A stretch of 64,000 bases of DNA from Nemertoderma westbladi (Eukaryota > Animalia > Xenacoelomorpha): contig JAUCBJ010007484.1 of NCBI GenBank assembly GCA_032718475.1, positions 1 to 64,000 of the forward strand, given 5' to 3'. This document shows positions 34,901-49,900 of this stretch, one piece after another; within the stretch, counting starts at the first letter, position 1, and every line of letters starts with the position of its first letter. The notes beneath the pieces were generated by a model that was not told the DNA's origin, did not search any database, and saw only the letters and a program-made list of their open reading frames with translations. The translations under genes and the position numbers were made by a program.

Positions 34901-37900
34901 GTGTATGATTGTAGGATGTAGTATGTTTGAGTGTAGACTTTAGAACCATAACAGGGTGTATGATTGTAGGATGTATGTTTGAGTGTAGACTTTAGAACCA
35001 TAACAGGATGTATGATTGTAGGATGTATGTTTGAGTGTAGACTTTAGAACCATAACAGGGTGTATGATTGTAGGATGTATGTTTGAGTGTAGACTTTAGA
35101 ACCATAACAGGATGTATGATTGTAGGATGTAGTATGTTTGAGTGTAGACTTTAGAACCATAACAGGATGTATGATTGTAGGATGTATGTTTGAGTGTAGA
35201 CTTTAGAACCATAACAGGATGTATGATTGTAGGATGTATGTTTGAGTGTAGACTTTAGAACCATAACAGGATGTATGATTGTAGGATGTATGTTTGAGTG
35301 TAGACTTTAGAACCATAACAGGATGTATGATTGTAGGAAGTATGTTTGAGTGTAGACTTTAGAACCATAACAGGATGTATGATTGTAGGATGTATGTTTG
35401 AGTGTAGACTTTAGAACCATAACAGGATGTATGATTGTAGGATGAGTATGTTTGAGTGTAGACTTTAGAACCATAACAGGGTGTATGATTGTAGGATGTA
35501 TGTTTGAGTGTAGACTTTAGAACCATAACAAGGTGTATGATTGTAGGATGTATGTTTGAGTGTAGACTTTAGAACCATAACAGGGTGTATGATTGTAGGA
35601 TGTATGTTTGAGTGTAGACTTTAGAACCATAACAGGGTGTATGATTGTAGGATGTATGTTTGAGTGTAGACTTTAGAACCATAACAAGGTGTATGATTGT
35701 AGGATGTATGTTTGAGTGTAGACTTTAGAACCATAACAGGGTGTATGATTGTAGGATGTATGTTTGAGTGTAGACTTTAGAACCATAACAGGGTGTATGA
35801 TTGTAGGATGTATGTTTGAGTGTAGACTTTAGAACCATAACAGGATGTATGATTGTAGGATGTATGTTTGAGTGTAGACTTTAGAACCATAACAGGGTGT
35901 ATGATTGTAGGATGTATGTTTGAGTGTAGACTTTAGAACCATAACAGGGTGTATGATTGTAGGATGTATGTTTGAGTGTAGACTTTAGAACCATAACAGG
36001 ATGTATGATTGTAGGATGTATGTTTGAGTGTAGACTTTAGAACCATAACAGGGTGTATGATTGTAGGATGTATGTTTGAGTGTAGACTTTAGAACCATAA
36101 CAGGATGTATGATTGTAGGATGTATGTTTGAGTGTAGACTTTAGAACCATAACAGGGTGTATGATTGTAGGAAGTATGTTTGAGTGTAGACTTTAGAACC
36201 ATAACAGGATGTATGATTGTAGGATGTATGTTTGAGTGTAGACTTTAGAACCATAACAGGATGTATGATTGTAGGATGTATGTTTGAGTGTAGACTTTAG
36301 AACCATAACAGGGTGTATGATTGTAGGATGTATGTTTGAGTGTAGACTTTAGAACCATAACAGGATGTATGATTGTAGGATGTATGTTTGAGTGTAGACT
36401 TTAGAACCATAACAGGATGTATGATTGTAGGATGTAGTATGTTTGAGTGTAGACTTTAGAACCATAACAGGGTGTATGATTGTAGGATGTAGTATGTTTG
36501 AGTGTAGACTTTAGAACCATAACAGGGTGTATGATTGTAGGAAGTATGTTTGAGTGTAGACTTTAGAACCATAACAGGATGTATGATTGTATGATTGTAG
36601 GATGTAGTATGTTTGAGTGTAGACTTTAGAACCATAACAGGGTGTATGATTGTAGGAAGTATGTTTGTGTGTAGACTTTAGAACCATAACAGGATGTATG
36701 ATTGTAGGATGTATGTTTGAGTGTAGACTTTAGAACCATAACAGGATGTATGATTGTAGGATGTATGTTTGAGTGTAGACTTTAGAACCATAACAGGGTG
36801 TATGATTGTAGGATGTATGTTTGAGTGTAGACTTTAGAACCATAACAGGATGTATGATTGTAGGATGTATGTTTGAGTGTAGACTTTAGAACCATAACAG
36901 GATGTATGATTGTAGGATGTATGTTTGAGTGTAGACTTTAGAACCATAACAGGATGTATGATTGTAGATTGTAGGATGTATGTTTGAGTGTAGACTTTAG
37001 AACCATAACAGGATGTATGATTGTAGATTGTAGGATGTATGTTTGAGTGTAGACTTTAGAACCATAACAGGATGTATGATTGTAGATTGTAGGATGTATG
37101 TTTGAGTGTAGACTTTAGAACCATAACAGGATGTATGATTGTAGATTGTAGGATGTATGTTTGAGTGTAGACTTTAGAACCATAACAGGATGTATGATTG
37201 TAGGATGTATGTTTGAGTGTAGACTTTAGAACCATAACAGGGTGAATGATTGTAGGATGTATGTTTGAGTGTAGACTTTAGAACCATAACAGGGTGTATG
37301 ATTGTAGGATGTATGTTTGAGTGTAGACTTTAGAACCATAACAGGGTGAATGATTGTAGGATGTATGTTTGAGTGTAGACTTTAGAACCATAACAGGGTG
37401 TATGATTGTAGATTGTAGGATGTATGTTTGAGTGTAGACTTTAGAACCATAACAGGATGTATGATTGTAGGATGTATGTTTGAGTGTAGACTTTAGAACC
37501 ATAACAGGATGTATGATTGTAGGATGTATGATTATAGGATGTATGATTGTAGGATGTATGATTGTAGGATGTATGATTATAGGATGTATGTTTGAGTGTA
37601 GACTTTAGAACCATACAGGATGTATGATTGTAGGATGTATGTTTGAGTGTAGACTTTAGAACCATAACAGGATGAATGATTGTAGGATGTATGTTTGAGT
37701 GTAGACTTTAGAACCATAACAGGGTGTATGATTGTAGGATGTATGTTTGAGTGTAGACTTTAGAACCATAACAGGATGAATGATTGTAGGAAGTATGTTT
37801 GAGTGTAGACTTTAGAACCATAACAGGGTGAATGATTGTAGGAAGTATGTTTGAGTGTAGACTTTAGAACCATAACAGGATGTATGATTGTAGGAAGTAT

Positions 37901-40900
37901 GTTTGAGTGTAGACTTTAGAACCATAACAGGGTGTATGATTATAGGATGTATGTTTGAGTGTAGACTTTAGAACCATAACAGGATGAATGATTGTAGGAT
38001 GTATGTTTGAGTGTAGACTTTAGAACCATAACAGGGTGAATGATTGTAGGAAGTATGTTTGAGTGTAGACTTTAGAACCATAACAGGGTGTATGATTGTA
38101 GGAAGTATGTTTGAGTGTAGACTTTAGAACCATAACAGGGTAAATGATTGTAGGATGTATGTTTGAGTGTAGACTTTAGAACCATAACAGGGTGTATGAT
38201 TGTAGGAAGTATGTTTGAGTGTAGACTTTAGAACCATAACAGGGTGTATGATTGTAGGAAGTATGTTTGAGTGTAGACTTTAGAACCATAACAGGGTAAA
38301 TGATTGTAGGATGTATGTTTGAGTGTAGACTTTAGAACCATAACAGGGTGTATGATTGTAGGAAGTATGTTTGAGTGTAGACTTTAGAACCATAACAAGG
38401 TAAATGATTGTAGGAAGTATGTTTGAGTGTAGACTTTAGAACCATAACAGGGTGTATGATTGTAGGAAGTATGTTTGAGTGTAGACTTTAGAACCATAAC
38501 AGGGTAAATGATTGTAGGATGTATGTTTGAGTGTAGACTTTAGAACCATAACAGGGTGTATGATTATAGGATGTATGTTTGAGTGTAGACTTTAGAACCA
38601 TAACAGGATGAATGATTGTAGGATATATGTTTGAGGGTAGACTTTAGAACCATAACAGGATGAATGATTGTAGGAAGTATGTTTGAGTGTAGACTTTAGA
38701 ACCATAACAGGGTGAATGATTGTAGGAAGTATGTTTGAGTGTAGACTTTAGAACCATAACAGGGTGTATGATTGTAGGAAGTATGTTTGAGTGTAGACTT
38801 TAGAACCATAACAGGGTAAATGATTGTAGGATGTATGTTTGAGTGTAGACTTTAGAACCATAACAAGGTAAATGATTGTAGGAAGTATGTTTGAGTGTAG
38901 ACTTTAGAACCATAACAGGGTAAATGATTGTAGGATGTATGTTTGAGTGTAGACGTTAGAACCATAACAAGGTAAATGATTGTAGGAAGTATGTTTGAGT
39001 GTAGACTTTAGAACCATAACAGGGTGTATGATTGTAGGATGTATGTTTGAGTGTAGTCTTTAGAACCATAACAGGGTAAATGATTGTAGGAAGTATGTTT
39101 GAGTGTAGACTTTAGAACCATAACAGGGTGTATGATTGTAGGATGTATGTTTGAGTGTAGTCTTTAGAACCATAACAGGGTAAATGATTGTAGGAAGTAT
39201 GTTTGAGTGTAGACTTTAGAACCATAACAGGGTGTATGATTGTAGGATGTATGTTTGAGTGTAGTCTTTAGAACCATAACAGGGTAAATGATTGTAGGAA
39301 GTATGTTTGAGTGTAGACTTTAGAACCATAACAGGGTGTATGATTGTAGGATGTATGTTTGAGTGTAGTCTTTAGAACCATAACAAGGTGTATGATTGTA
39401 GGATGTATGTTTGAGTGTAGTCTTTAGAACCATAACAGGGTAAATGATTGTAGGAAGTATGTTTGAGTGTAGACTTTAGAACCATAACAGGGTGAATGAT
39501 TGTAGGATGTATGTTTGAGTGTAGACTTTAGAACCATAACAGGGTGTATGATTGTAGGATGTATGTTTGAGTGTAGTCTTTAGAACCATAACAGGGTAAA
39601 TGATTGTAGGAAGTATGTTTGAGTGTAGACTTTAGAACCATAACAGGGTGTATGATTGTAGGATGTATGTTTGAGTGTAGTCTTTAGAACCATAACAAGG
39701 TGTATGATTGTAGGATGTATGTTTGAGTGTAGACTTTAGAACCATAACAGGATGTATGATTGTAGGATGTATGTTTGAGTGTAGACTTTAGAACCATAAC
39801 AGGGTGTATGATTGTAGATTGTAGGATGTATGTTTGAGTGTAGACTTTAGAACCATAACAGGGTGTATGATTGTAGGATGTATGTTTGAGTGTAGTCTTT
39901 AGAACCATAACAGGGTAAATGATTGTAGGAAGTATGTTTGAGTGTAGACTTTAGAACCATAACAGGGTGTATGATTGTAGGATGTATGTTTGAGTGTAGA
40001 CTTTAGAACCATAACAGGGTGTATGATTGTAGGATGTATGTTTGAGTGTAGTCTTTAGAACCATAACAGGGTGTATGATTGTAGGATGTATGTTTGAGTG
40101 TAGACTTTAGAACCATAACAGGGTGTATGATTGTAGGATGTATGTTTGAGTGTAGACTTTAGAACCATAACAGGGTGTATGATTGTAGGATGTATGTTTG
40201 AGTGTAGACTTTAGAACCATAACAGGGTGTATGATTGTAGGATGTATGTTTGAGTGTAGACTTTAGAACCATAACAGGGTGTATGATTGTAGGATGTATG
40301 TTTGAGTGTAGACTTTAGAACCATAACAGGGTGTATGATTGTAGGAAGTATGTTTGAGTGTAGACTTTAGAACCATAACAGGGTGTATGATTGTAGGAAG
40401 TATGTTTGAGTGTAGACTTTAGAACCATAACAGGGTGTATGATTGTAGGAAGTATGTTTGAGTGTAGACTTTAGAACCATAACAGGGTGTATGATTGTAG
40501 GATGTATGTTTGAGTGTAGACTTTAGAACCATAACAGGGTGTATGATTGTAGGATGTATGTTTGAGTGTAGACTTTAGAACCATAACAGGGTGTATGATT
40601 GTAGGATGTATGTTTGAGTGTAGACTTTAGAACCATAACAGGGTGTATGATTGTAGGATGTATGTTTGAGTGTAGACTTTAGAACCATAACAGGGTGTAT
40701 GATTGTAGGAAGTATGTTTGAGTGTAGACTTTAGAACCATAACAGGGTGTATGATTGTAGGATGTATGTTTGAGTGTAGACTTTAGAACCATAACAGGGT
40801 GTATGATTGTAGGAAGTATGTTTGAGTGTAGACTTTAGAACCATAACAGGGTGTATGATTGTACGATGTATGTTTGAGTGTAGACTTTAGAACCATAACA

Positions 40901-43900
40901 GGATGTATGTTTGTAGATTATAGGATGTATGTTTGAGTGTAGACTTTAGAACCATAACAGGATGTATGATTGTAGGATGTAGTATGTTTGAGTGTAGACT
41001 TTAGAACCATAACAGGGTGTATGATTGTAGGATGTATGTTTGAGTGTAGACTTTAGAACCATAACAGGGTGAATGATTGTAGGAAGTATGTTTGAGTGTA
41101 GACTTTAGAACCATAACAGGATGTATGATTGTAGGATGTAGTATGTTTGAGTGTAGACTTTAGAACCATAACAGGGTGTATGATTGTAGATTGTAGGATG
41201 TATGTTTGAGTGTAGACTTTAGAACCATAACAGGATGTATGTTTGTAGATTATAGGATGTATGTTTGAGTGTAGACTTTAGAACCATAACAGGGTGTATG
41301 ATTGTAGGATGTATGTTTGAGTGTAGACTTTAGAACCATAACAGGGTGTATGATTGTAGGAAGTATGTTTGAGTGTAGACTTTAGAACCATAACAGGGTG
41401 TATGATTGTAGGATGTATGTTTGAGTGTAGACTTTAGAACCATAACAGGGTGTATGATTGTAGGATGTATGTTTGAGTGTAGACTTTAGAACCATAACAG
41501 GGTGTATGATTGTAGGATGTAGTATGTTTGAGTGTAGACTTTAGAACCATAACAGGGTGTATGATTGTAGATTGTAGGATGTATGTTTGAGTGTAGACTT
41601 TAGAACCATAACAGGGTGTATGATTGTAGGATGTATGTTTGAGTGTAGACTTTAGAACCATAACAGGGTGTATGATTGTAGGATGTATGTTTGAGTGTAG
41701 ACTTTAGAACCATAACAGGGTGAATGATTGTAGGAAGTATGTTTGAGTGTAGACTTTAGAACCATAACAGGGTGAATGATTGTAGGAAGTATGTTTGAGT
41801 GTAGACTTTAGAACCATAACAGGATGTATGATTGTAGGATGTAGTATGTTTGAGTGTAGACTTTAGAACCATAACAGGGTGTATGATTGTAGGATGTATG
41901 TTTGAGTGTAGACTTTAGAACCATAACAGGATGAATGATTGTAGGAAGTATGTTTGAGTGTAGACTTTAGAACCATAACAGGATGTATGATTGTAGGATG
42001 TATGTTTGAGTGTAGACTTTAGAACCATAACAGGATGTATGATTGTAGGATGTATGTTTGAGTGTAGACTTTAGAACCATAACAGGGTGAATGATTGTAG
42101 GAAGTATGTTTGAGTGTAGACTTTAGAACCATAACAGGGTGTATGATTGTAGGATGTATGTTTGAGTGTAGACTTTAGAACCATAACAGGGTGTATGATT
42201 GTAGGATGTATGTTTGAGTGTAGACTTTAGAACCATAACAGGATGTATGATTGTAGGATGTATGTTTGAGTGTAGACTTTAGAACCATAACAGGGTGAAT
42301 GATTGTAGGAAGTATGTTTGAGTGTAGACTTTAGAACCATAACAGGGTGTATGATTGTAGGATGTAGTATGTTTGAGTGTAGACTTTAGAACCATAACAG
42401 GGTGTATGATTGTAGGATGTATGTTTGAGTGTAGACTTTAGAACCATAACAGGATGTATGATTGTAGGATGTATGTTTGAGTGTAGACTTTAGAACCATA
42501 ACAGGGTGAATGATTGTAGGAAGTATGTTTGAGTGTAGACTTTAGAACCATAACAGGGTGTATGATTGTAGGATGTATGTTTGAGTGTAGACTTTAGAAC
42601 CATAACAGGGTGTATGATTGTAGGATGTATGTTTGAGTGTAGACTTTAGAACCATAACAGGATGTATGATTGTAGGATGTAGTATGTTTGAGTGTAGACT
42701 TTAGAACCATAACAGGGTGTATGATTGTAGGATGTATGTTTGAGTGTAGACTTTAGAACCATAACAGGGTGTATGATTGTAGGATGTATGTTTGAGTGTA
42801 GACTTTAGAACCATAACAGGATGTATGATTGTAGGATGTAGTATGTTTGAGTGTAGACTTTAGAACCATAACAGGGTGTATGATTGTAGGATGTATGTTT
42901 GAGTGTAGACTTTAGAACCATAACAGGATGTATGATTGTAGGATGTAGTATGTTTGAGTGTAGACTTTAGAACCATAACAGGGTGTATGATTGTAGGATG
43001 TATGTTTGAGTGTAGACTTTAGAACCATAACAGGATGTATGATTGTAGGATGTAGTATGTTTGAGTGTAGACTTTAGAACCATAACAGGGTGTATGATTG
43101 TAGGATGTATGTTTGAGTGTAGACTTTAGAACCATAACAGGATGTATGATTGTAGGATGTATGTTTGTGTGTAGACTTTAGAACCATAACAGGGTGTATG
43201 ATTGTAGGATGTATGTTTGAGTGTAGACTTTAGAACCATAACAGGGTGTATGATTGTAGGATGTATGTTTGAGTGTAGACTTTAGAACCATAACAGGGTG
43301 TATGATTGTAGGATGTATGTTTGAGTGTAGACTTTAGAACCATAACAGGATGTATGATTGTAGGATGTAGTATGTTTGAGTGTAGACTTTAGAACCATAA
43401 CAGGGTGTATGATTGTAGGATGTATGTTTGAGTGTAGACTTTAGAACCATAACAGGATGTATGATTGTAGGATGTAGTATGTTTGAGTGTAGACTTTAGA
43501 ACCATAACAGGGTGTATGATTGTAGGATGTATGTTTGAGTGTAGACTTTAGAACCATAACAGGATGTATGATTGTAGGATGTAGTATGTTTGAGTGTAGA
43601 CTTTAGAACCATAACAGGGTGTATGATTGTAGGAAGTATGTTTGAGTGTAGACTTTAGAACCATAACAGGGTGTATGATTGTAGGATGTATGTTTGAGTG
43701 TAGACTTTAGAACCATAACAGGGTGTATGATTGTAGGATGTATGTTTGAGTGTAGACTTTAGAACCATAACAGGATGTATGATTGTAGGATGTAGTATGT
43801 TTGAGTGTAGACTTTAGAACCATAACAGGGTGTATGATTGTAGGATGTATGTTTGAGTGTAGACTTTAGAACCATAACAGGATGTATGATTGTAGGATGT

Positions 43901-46900
43901 AGTATGTTTGAGTGTAGACTTTAGAACCATAACAGGGTGTATGATTGTAGGATGTATGTTTGAGTGTAGACTTTAGAACCATAACAGGATGTATGATTGT
44001 AGGATGTAGTATGTTTGAGTGTAGACTTTAGAACCATAACAGGGTGTATGATTGTAGGATGTATGTTTGAGTGTAGACTTTAGAACCATAACAGGATGTA
44101 TGATTGTAGGATGTATGTTTGTGTGTAGACTTTAGAACCATAACAGGGTGTATGATTGTAGGATGTATGTTTGAGTGTAGACTTTAGAACCATAACAGGG
44201 TGTATGATTGTAGGATGTATGTTTGAGTGTAGACTTTAGAACCATAACAGGATGTATGATTGTATGATTGTAGGATGTAGTATGTTTGAGTGTAGACTTT
44301 AGAACCATAACAGGGTGTATGATTGTAGGATGTATGTTTGAGTGTAGACTTTAGAACCATAACAGGATGTATGATTGTAGGAAGTATGTTTGTGTGTAGA
44401 CTTTAGAACCATAACAGGATGTATGATTGTAGGATGTATGTTTGAGTGTAGACTTTAGAACCATAACAGGATGTATGATTGTAGGATGTATGTTTGAGTG
44501 TAGACTTTAGAACCATAACAGGGTGTATGATTGTAGGATGTATGTTTGAGTGTAGACTTTAGAACCATAACAGGGTGTATGATTGTAGGAAGTATGTTTG
44601 AGTGTAGACTTTAGAACCATAACAGGATGTATGATTGTAGGATGTATGTTTGAGTGTAGACTTTAGAACCATAACAGGATGTATGATTGTAGGATGTATG
44701 TTTGAGTGTAGACTTTAGAACCATAACAGGGTGTATGATTGTAGATTGTAGGATGTATGTTTGAGTGTAGACTTTAGAACCATAACAGGATGTATGATTG
44801 TAGGATGTAGTATGTTTGAGTGTAGACTTTAGAACCATAACAGGGTGTATGATTGTAGGATGTAGTATGTTTGAGTGTAGACTTTAGAACCATAACAGGG
44901 TGTATGATTGTAGGATGTATGTTTGAGTGTAGACTTTAGAACCATAACAGGGTGTATGATTGTAGGATGTAGTATGTTTGAGTGTAGACTTTAGAACCAT
45001 AACAGGGTGTATGATTGTAGATTGTAGGATGTATGTTTGAGTGTAGACTTTAGAACCATAACAGGGTGTATGATTGTAGATTGTAGGATGTATGTTTGAG
45101 TGTAGACTTTAGAACCATAACAGGGTGTATGATTGTAGGATGTATGTTTGAGTGTAGACTTTAGAACCATAACAGGGTGTATGATTGTAGATTGTAGGAT
45201 GTATGTTTGAGTGTAGACTTTAGAACCATAACAGGGTGTATGATTGTAGGATGTATGTTTGAGTGTAGACTTTAGAACCATAACAGGGTGTATGATTGTA
45301 GGATGTAGTATGTTTGAGTGTAGACTTTAGAACCATAACAGGGTGTATGATTGTAGGATGTATGTTTGAGTGTAGACTTTAGAACCATAACAGGGTGTAT
45401 GATTGTAGATTGTAGGATGTATGTTTGAGTGTAGACTTTAGAACCATAACAGGATGTATGATTGTAGGATGTAGTATGTTTGAGTGTAGACTTTAGAACC
45501 ATAACAGGGTGTATGATTGTAGGATGTAGTATGTTTGAGTGTAGACTTTAGAACCATAACAGGGTGTATGATTGTAGGATGTAGTATGTTTGAGTGTAGA
45601 CTTTAGAACCATAACAGGGTGTATGATTGTAGGATGTATGTTTGAGTGTAGACTTTAGAACCATAACAGGGTGTATGATTGTAGGATGTAGTATGTTTGA
45701 GTGTAGACTTTAGAACCATAACAGGGTGTATGATTGTAGGATGTATGTTTGAGTGTAGACTTTAGAACCATAACAGGGTGTATGATTGTAGGATGTATGT
45801 TTGAGTGTAGACTTTAGAACCATAACAGGATGTATGTTTGTAGATTATAGGATGTATGTTTGAGTGTAGACTTTAGAACCATAACAGGGTGTATGATTGT
45901 AGGATGTATGTTTGAGTGTAGACTTTAGAACCATAACAGGGTGTATGATTGTAGGATGTATGTTTGAGTGTAGACTTTAGAACCATAACAGGGTGTATGA
46001 TTGTAGGATGTATGTTTGAGTGTAGACTTTAGAACCATAACAGGGTGTATGATTGTAGGATGTATGTTTGAGTGTAGACTTTAGAACCATAACAGGATGT
46101 ATGATTGTAGGATGTATGTTTGAGTGTAGACTTTAGAACCATAACAGGGTGTATGATTGTAGGATGTATGTTTGAGTGTAGACTTTAGAACCATAACAGG
46201 GTGTATGATTGTAGGATGTATGTTTGAGTGTAGACTTTAGAACATAACAGGGTGTATGATTGTAGGATGTAGTATGTTTGAGTGTAGACTTTAGAACCAT
46301 AACAGGGTGTATGATTGTAGGATGTATGTTTGAGTGTAGACTTTAGAACATAACAGGGTGTATGATTGTAGGATGTAGTATGTTTGAGTGTAGACTTTAG
46401 AACCATAACAGGGTGTATGATTGTAGGATGTATGTTTGAGTGTAGACTTTAGAACCATAACAGGATGTATGATTGTAGGATGTATGTTTGAGTGTAGACT
46501 TTAGAACCATAACCGGGTGTATGATTGTAGGATGTATGTTTGAGTGTAGACTTTAGAACCATAACAGGGTGTATGATTGTAGGATGTATGTTTGAGTGTA
46601 GACTTTAGAACCATAACAGGGTGTATGATTGTAGGATGTATGTTTGAGTGTAGACTTTAGAACCATAACAGGGTGTATGATTGTAGGATGTATGTTTGAG
46701 TGTAGACTTTAGAACCATAACAGGGTGTATGATTGTAGGATGTATGTTTGAGTGTAGACTTTAGAACCATAACAGGATGTATGATTGTAGGATGTATGTT
46801 TGAGTGTAGACTTTAGAACCATAACAGGGTGTATGATTGTAGGATGTATGTTTGAGTGTAGACTTTAGAACCATAACAGGGTGTATGATTGTAGGATGTA

Positions 46901-49900
46901 TGTTTGAGTGTAGTCTTTAGAACCATAACAGGATGTATGATTGTAGGAAGTATGTTTGAGTGTAGTCTTTAGAACCATAACAGGATGTATGATTGTAGGA
47001 TGTATGTTTGAGTGTAGATTTTAGAACCATAACAGGGTGTATGATTGTAGGATGTATGTTTGAGTGTAGACTTTAGAACCATAACAGGGTGTATGATTGT
47101 AGGATGTATGTTTGAGTGTAGACGTTAGAACCATAACAGGATGTATGATTGTAGGAAGTATGTTTGAGTGTAGTCTTTAGAACCATAACAGGGTGTATGA
47201 TTGTAGGATGTATGTTTGAGTGTAGACGTTAGAACCATAACAGGATGTATGATTGTAGGAAGTATGTTTGAGTGTAGTCTTTAGAACCATAACAGGGTGT
47301 ATGATTGTAGGATGTATGTTTGAGTGTAGACTTTAGAACCATAACAGGGTGTATGATTGTAGGATGTATGTTTGAGTGTAGACGTTAGAACCATAACAGG
47401 ATGTATGATTGTAGGAAGTATGTTTGAGTGTAGTCTTTAGAACCATAACAGGGTGTATGATTGTAGGATGTATGTTTGAGTGTAGACTTTAGAACCATAA
47501 CAGGGTGTATGATTGTAGATTGTAGGATGTATGTTTGAGTGTAGACTTTAGAACCATAACAGGATGTATGATTGTAGGATGTATGTTTGAGTGTAGACTT
47601 TAGAACCATAACAGGGTGTATGATTGTAGGATGTATGTTTGAGTGTAGACGTTAGAACCATAACAGGGTGTATGATTGTAGGATGTATGTTTGAGTGTAG
47701 ACTTTAGAACCATAACAGGGTGTATGATTGTAGGATGTATGTTTGAGTGTAGACGTTAGAACCATAACAGGGTGTATGATTGTAGGATGTATGTTTGAGT
47801 GTAGACGTTAGAACCATAACAGGGTGTATGATTGTAGGATGTATGTTTGAGTGTAGACTTTAGAACCATAACAGGGTGTATGATTGTAGGATGTATGTTT
47901 GAGTGTAGACGTTAGAACCATAACAGGGTGTATGATTGTAGGATGTATGTTTGAGTGTAGACTTTAGAACCATAACAGGGTGTATGATTGTAGGATGTAT
48001 GTTTGAGTGTAGACTTTAGAACCATAACAGGGTGTATGATTGTAGATTGTAGGATGTATGTTTGAGTGTAGACTTTAGAACCATAACAGGATGTATGATT
48101 GTAGGATGTATGTTTGAGTGTAGACTTTAGAACCATAACAGGGTGTATGATTGTAGGATGTATGTTTGAGTGTAGACGTTAGAACCATAACAGGATGTAT
48201 GATTGTAGGAAGTATGTTTGAGTGTAGTCTTTAGAACCATAACAGGGTGTATGATTGTAGGATGTATGTTTAAGTGTAGACTTTAGAACCATAACAGGGT
48301 GTATGATTGTAGATTGTAGGATGTATGTTTGTGTGTAGACTTTAGAACCATAACAGGATGTATGATTGTAGGATGTATGTTTGAGTGTAGACTTTAGAAC
48401 CATAACAGGGTGTATGATTGTAGGATGTATGTTTGAGTGTAGACGTTAGAACCATAACAGGGTGTATGATTGTAGGATGTATGTTTGAGTGTAGACTTTA
48501 GAACCATAACAGGGTGTATGATTGTAGGATGTATGTTTGAGTGTAGACGTTAGAACCATAACAGGGTGTATGATTGTAGGATGTATGTTTGAGTGTAGAC
48601 TTTAGAACCATAACAGGGTGTATGATTGTAGATTGTAGGATGTATGTTTGAGTGTAGACTTTAGAACCATAACAGGGTGTATGATTGTAGGATGTATGTT
48701 TGAGTGTAGACGTTAGAACCATAACAGGGTGTATGATTGTAGGATGTATGTTTGAGTGTAGACTTTAGAACCATAACAGGGTGTATGATTGTAGATTGTA
48801 GGATGTATGTTTGAGTGTAGACTTTAGAACCATAACAGGATGTATGATTGTAGGATGTATGTTTGAGTGTAGACTTTAGAACCATAACAGGGTGTATGAT
48901 TGTAGGATGTATGTTTGAGTGTAGACGTTAGAACCATAACAGGGTGTATGATTGTAGGATGTATGTTTGAGTGTAGACTTTAGAACCATAACAGGATGTA
49001 TGATTGTAGGAAGTATGTTTGAGTGTAGTCTTTAGAACCATAACAGGGTGTATGATTGTAGGATGTATGTTTGAGTGTAGACTTTAGAACCATAACAGGG
49101 TGTATGATTGTAGGATGTATGTTTGAGTGTAGACGTTAGAACCATAACAGGGTGTATGATTGTAGGATGTATGTTTGAGTGTAGACTTTAGAACCATAAC
49201 AGGGTGTATGATTGTAGGATGTATGTTTGAGTGTAGTCTTTAGAACCATAACAGGGTGTATGATTGTAGGATGTAGTATGTTTGAGTGTAGACTTTAGAA
49301 CCCTAACAGGATGTATGATTGTAGGATGTATGTTTGAGTGTAGACTTTAGAACCATAACAGGATGTATGATTGTAGGAAGTATGTTTGAGTGTAGTCTTT
49401 AGAACCATAACAGGGTGTATGATTGTAGGATGTATGTTTGAGTGTAGACTTTAGAACCATAACAGGGTGTATGATTGTAGGATGTATGTTTGAGTGTAGA
49501 CTTTAGAACCATAACAGGGTGTATGATTGTAGGATGTATGTTTGAGTGTAGTCTTTAGAACCATAACAGGGTGTATGATTGTAGGATGTAGTATGTTTGA
49601 GTGTAGACTTTAGAACCATAACAGGATGTATGATTGTAGGATGTATGTTTGAGTGTAGACTTTAGAACCATAACAGGATGTATGATTGTAGGATGTAGTA
49701 TGTTTGAGTGTAGACTTTAGAACCATAACAGGGTGTATGATTGTAGGATGTATGTTTGAGTGTAGATTTTAGAACCATAACAGGGTGTATGATTGTAGGA
49801 TGTATGTTTGAGTGTAGACTTTAGAACCATAACAGGGTGTATGATTGTAGGATGTATGTTTGAGTGTAGACTTTAGAACCATAACAGGATGTATGATTGT

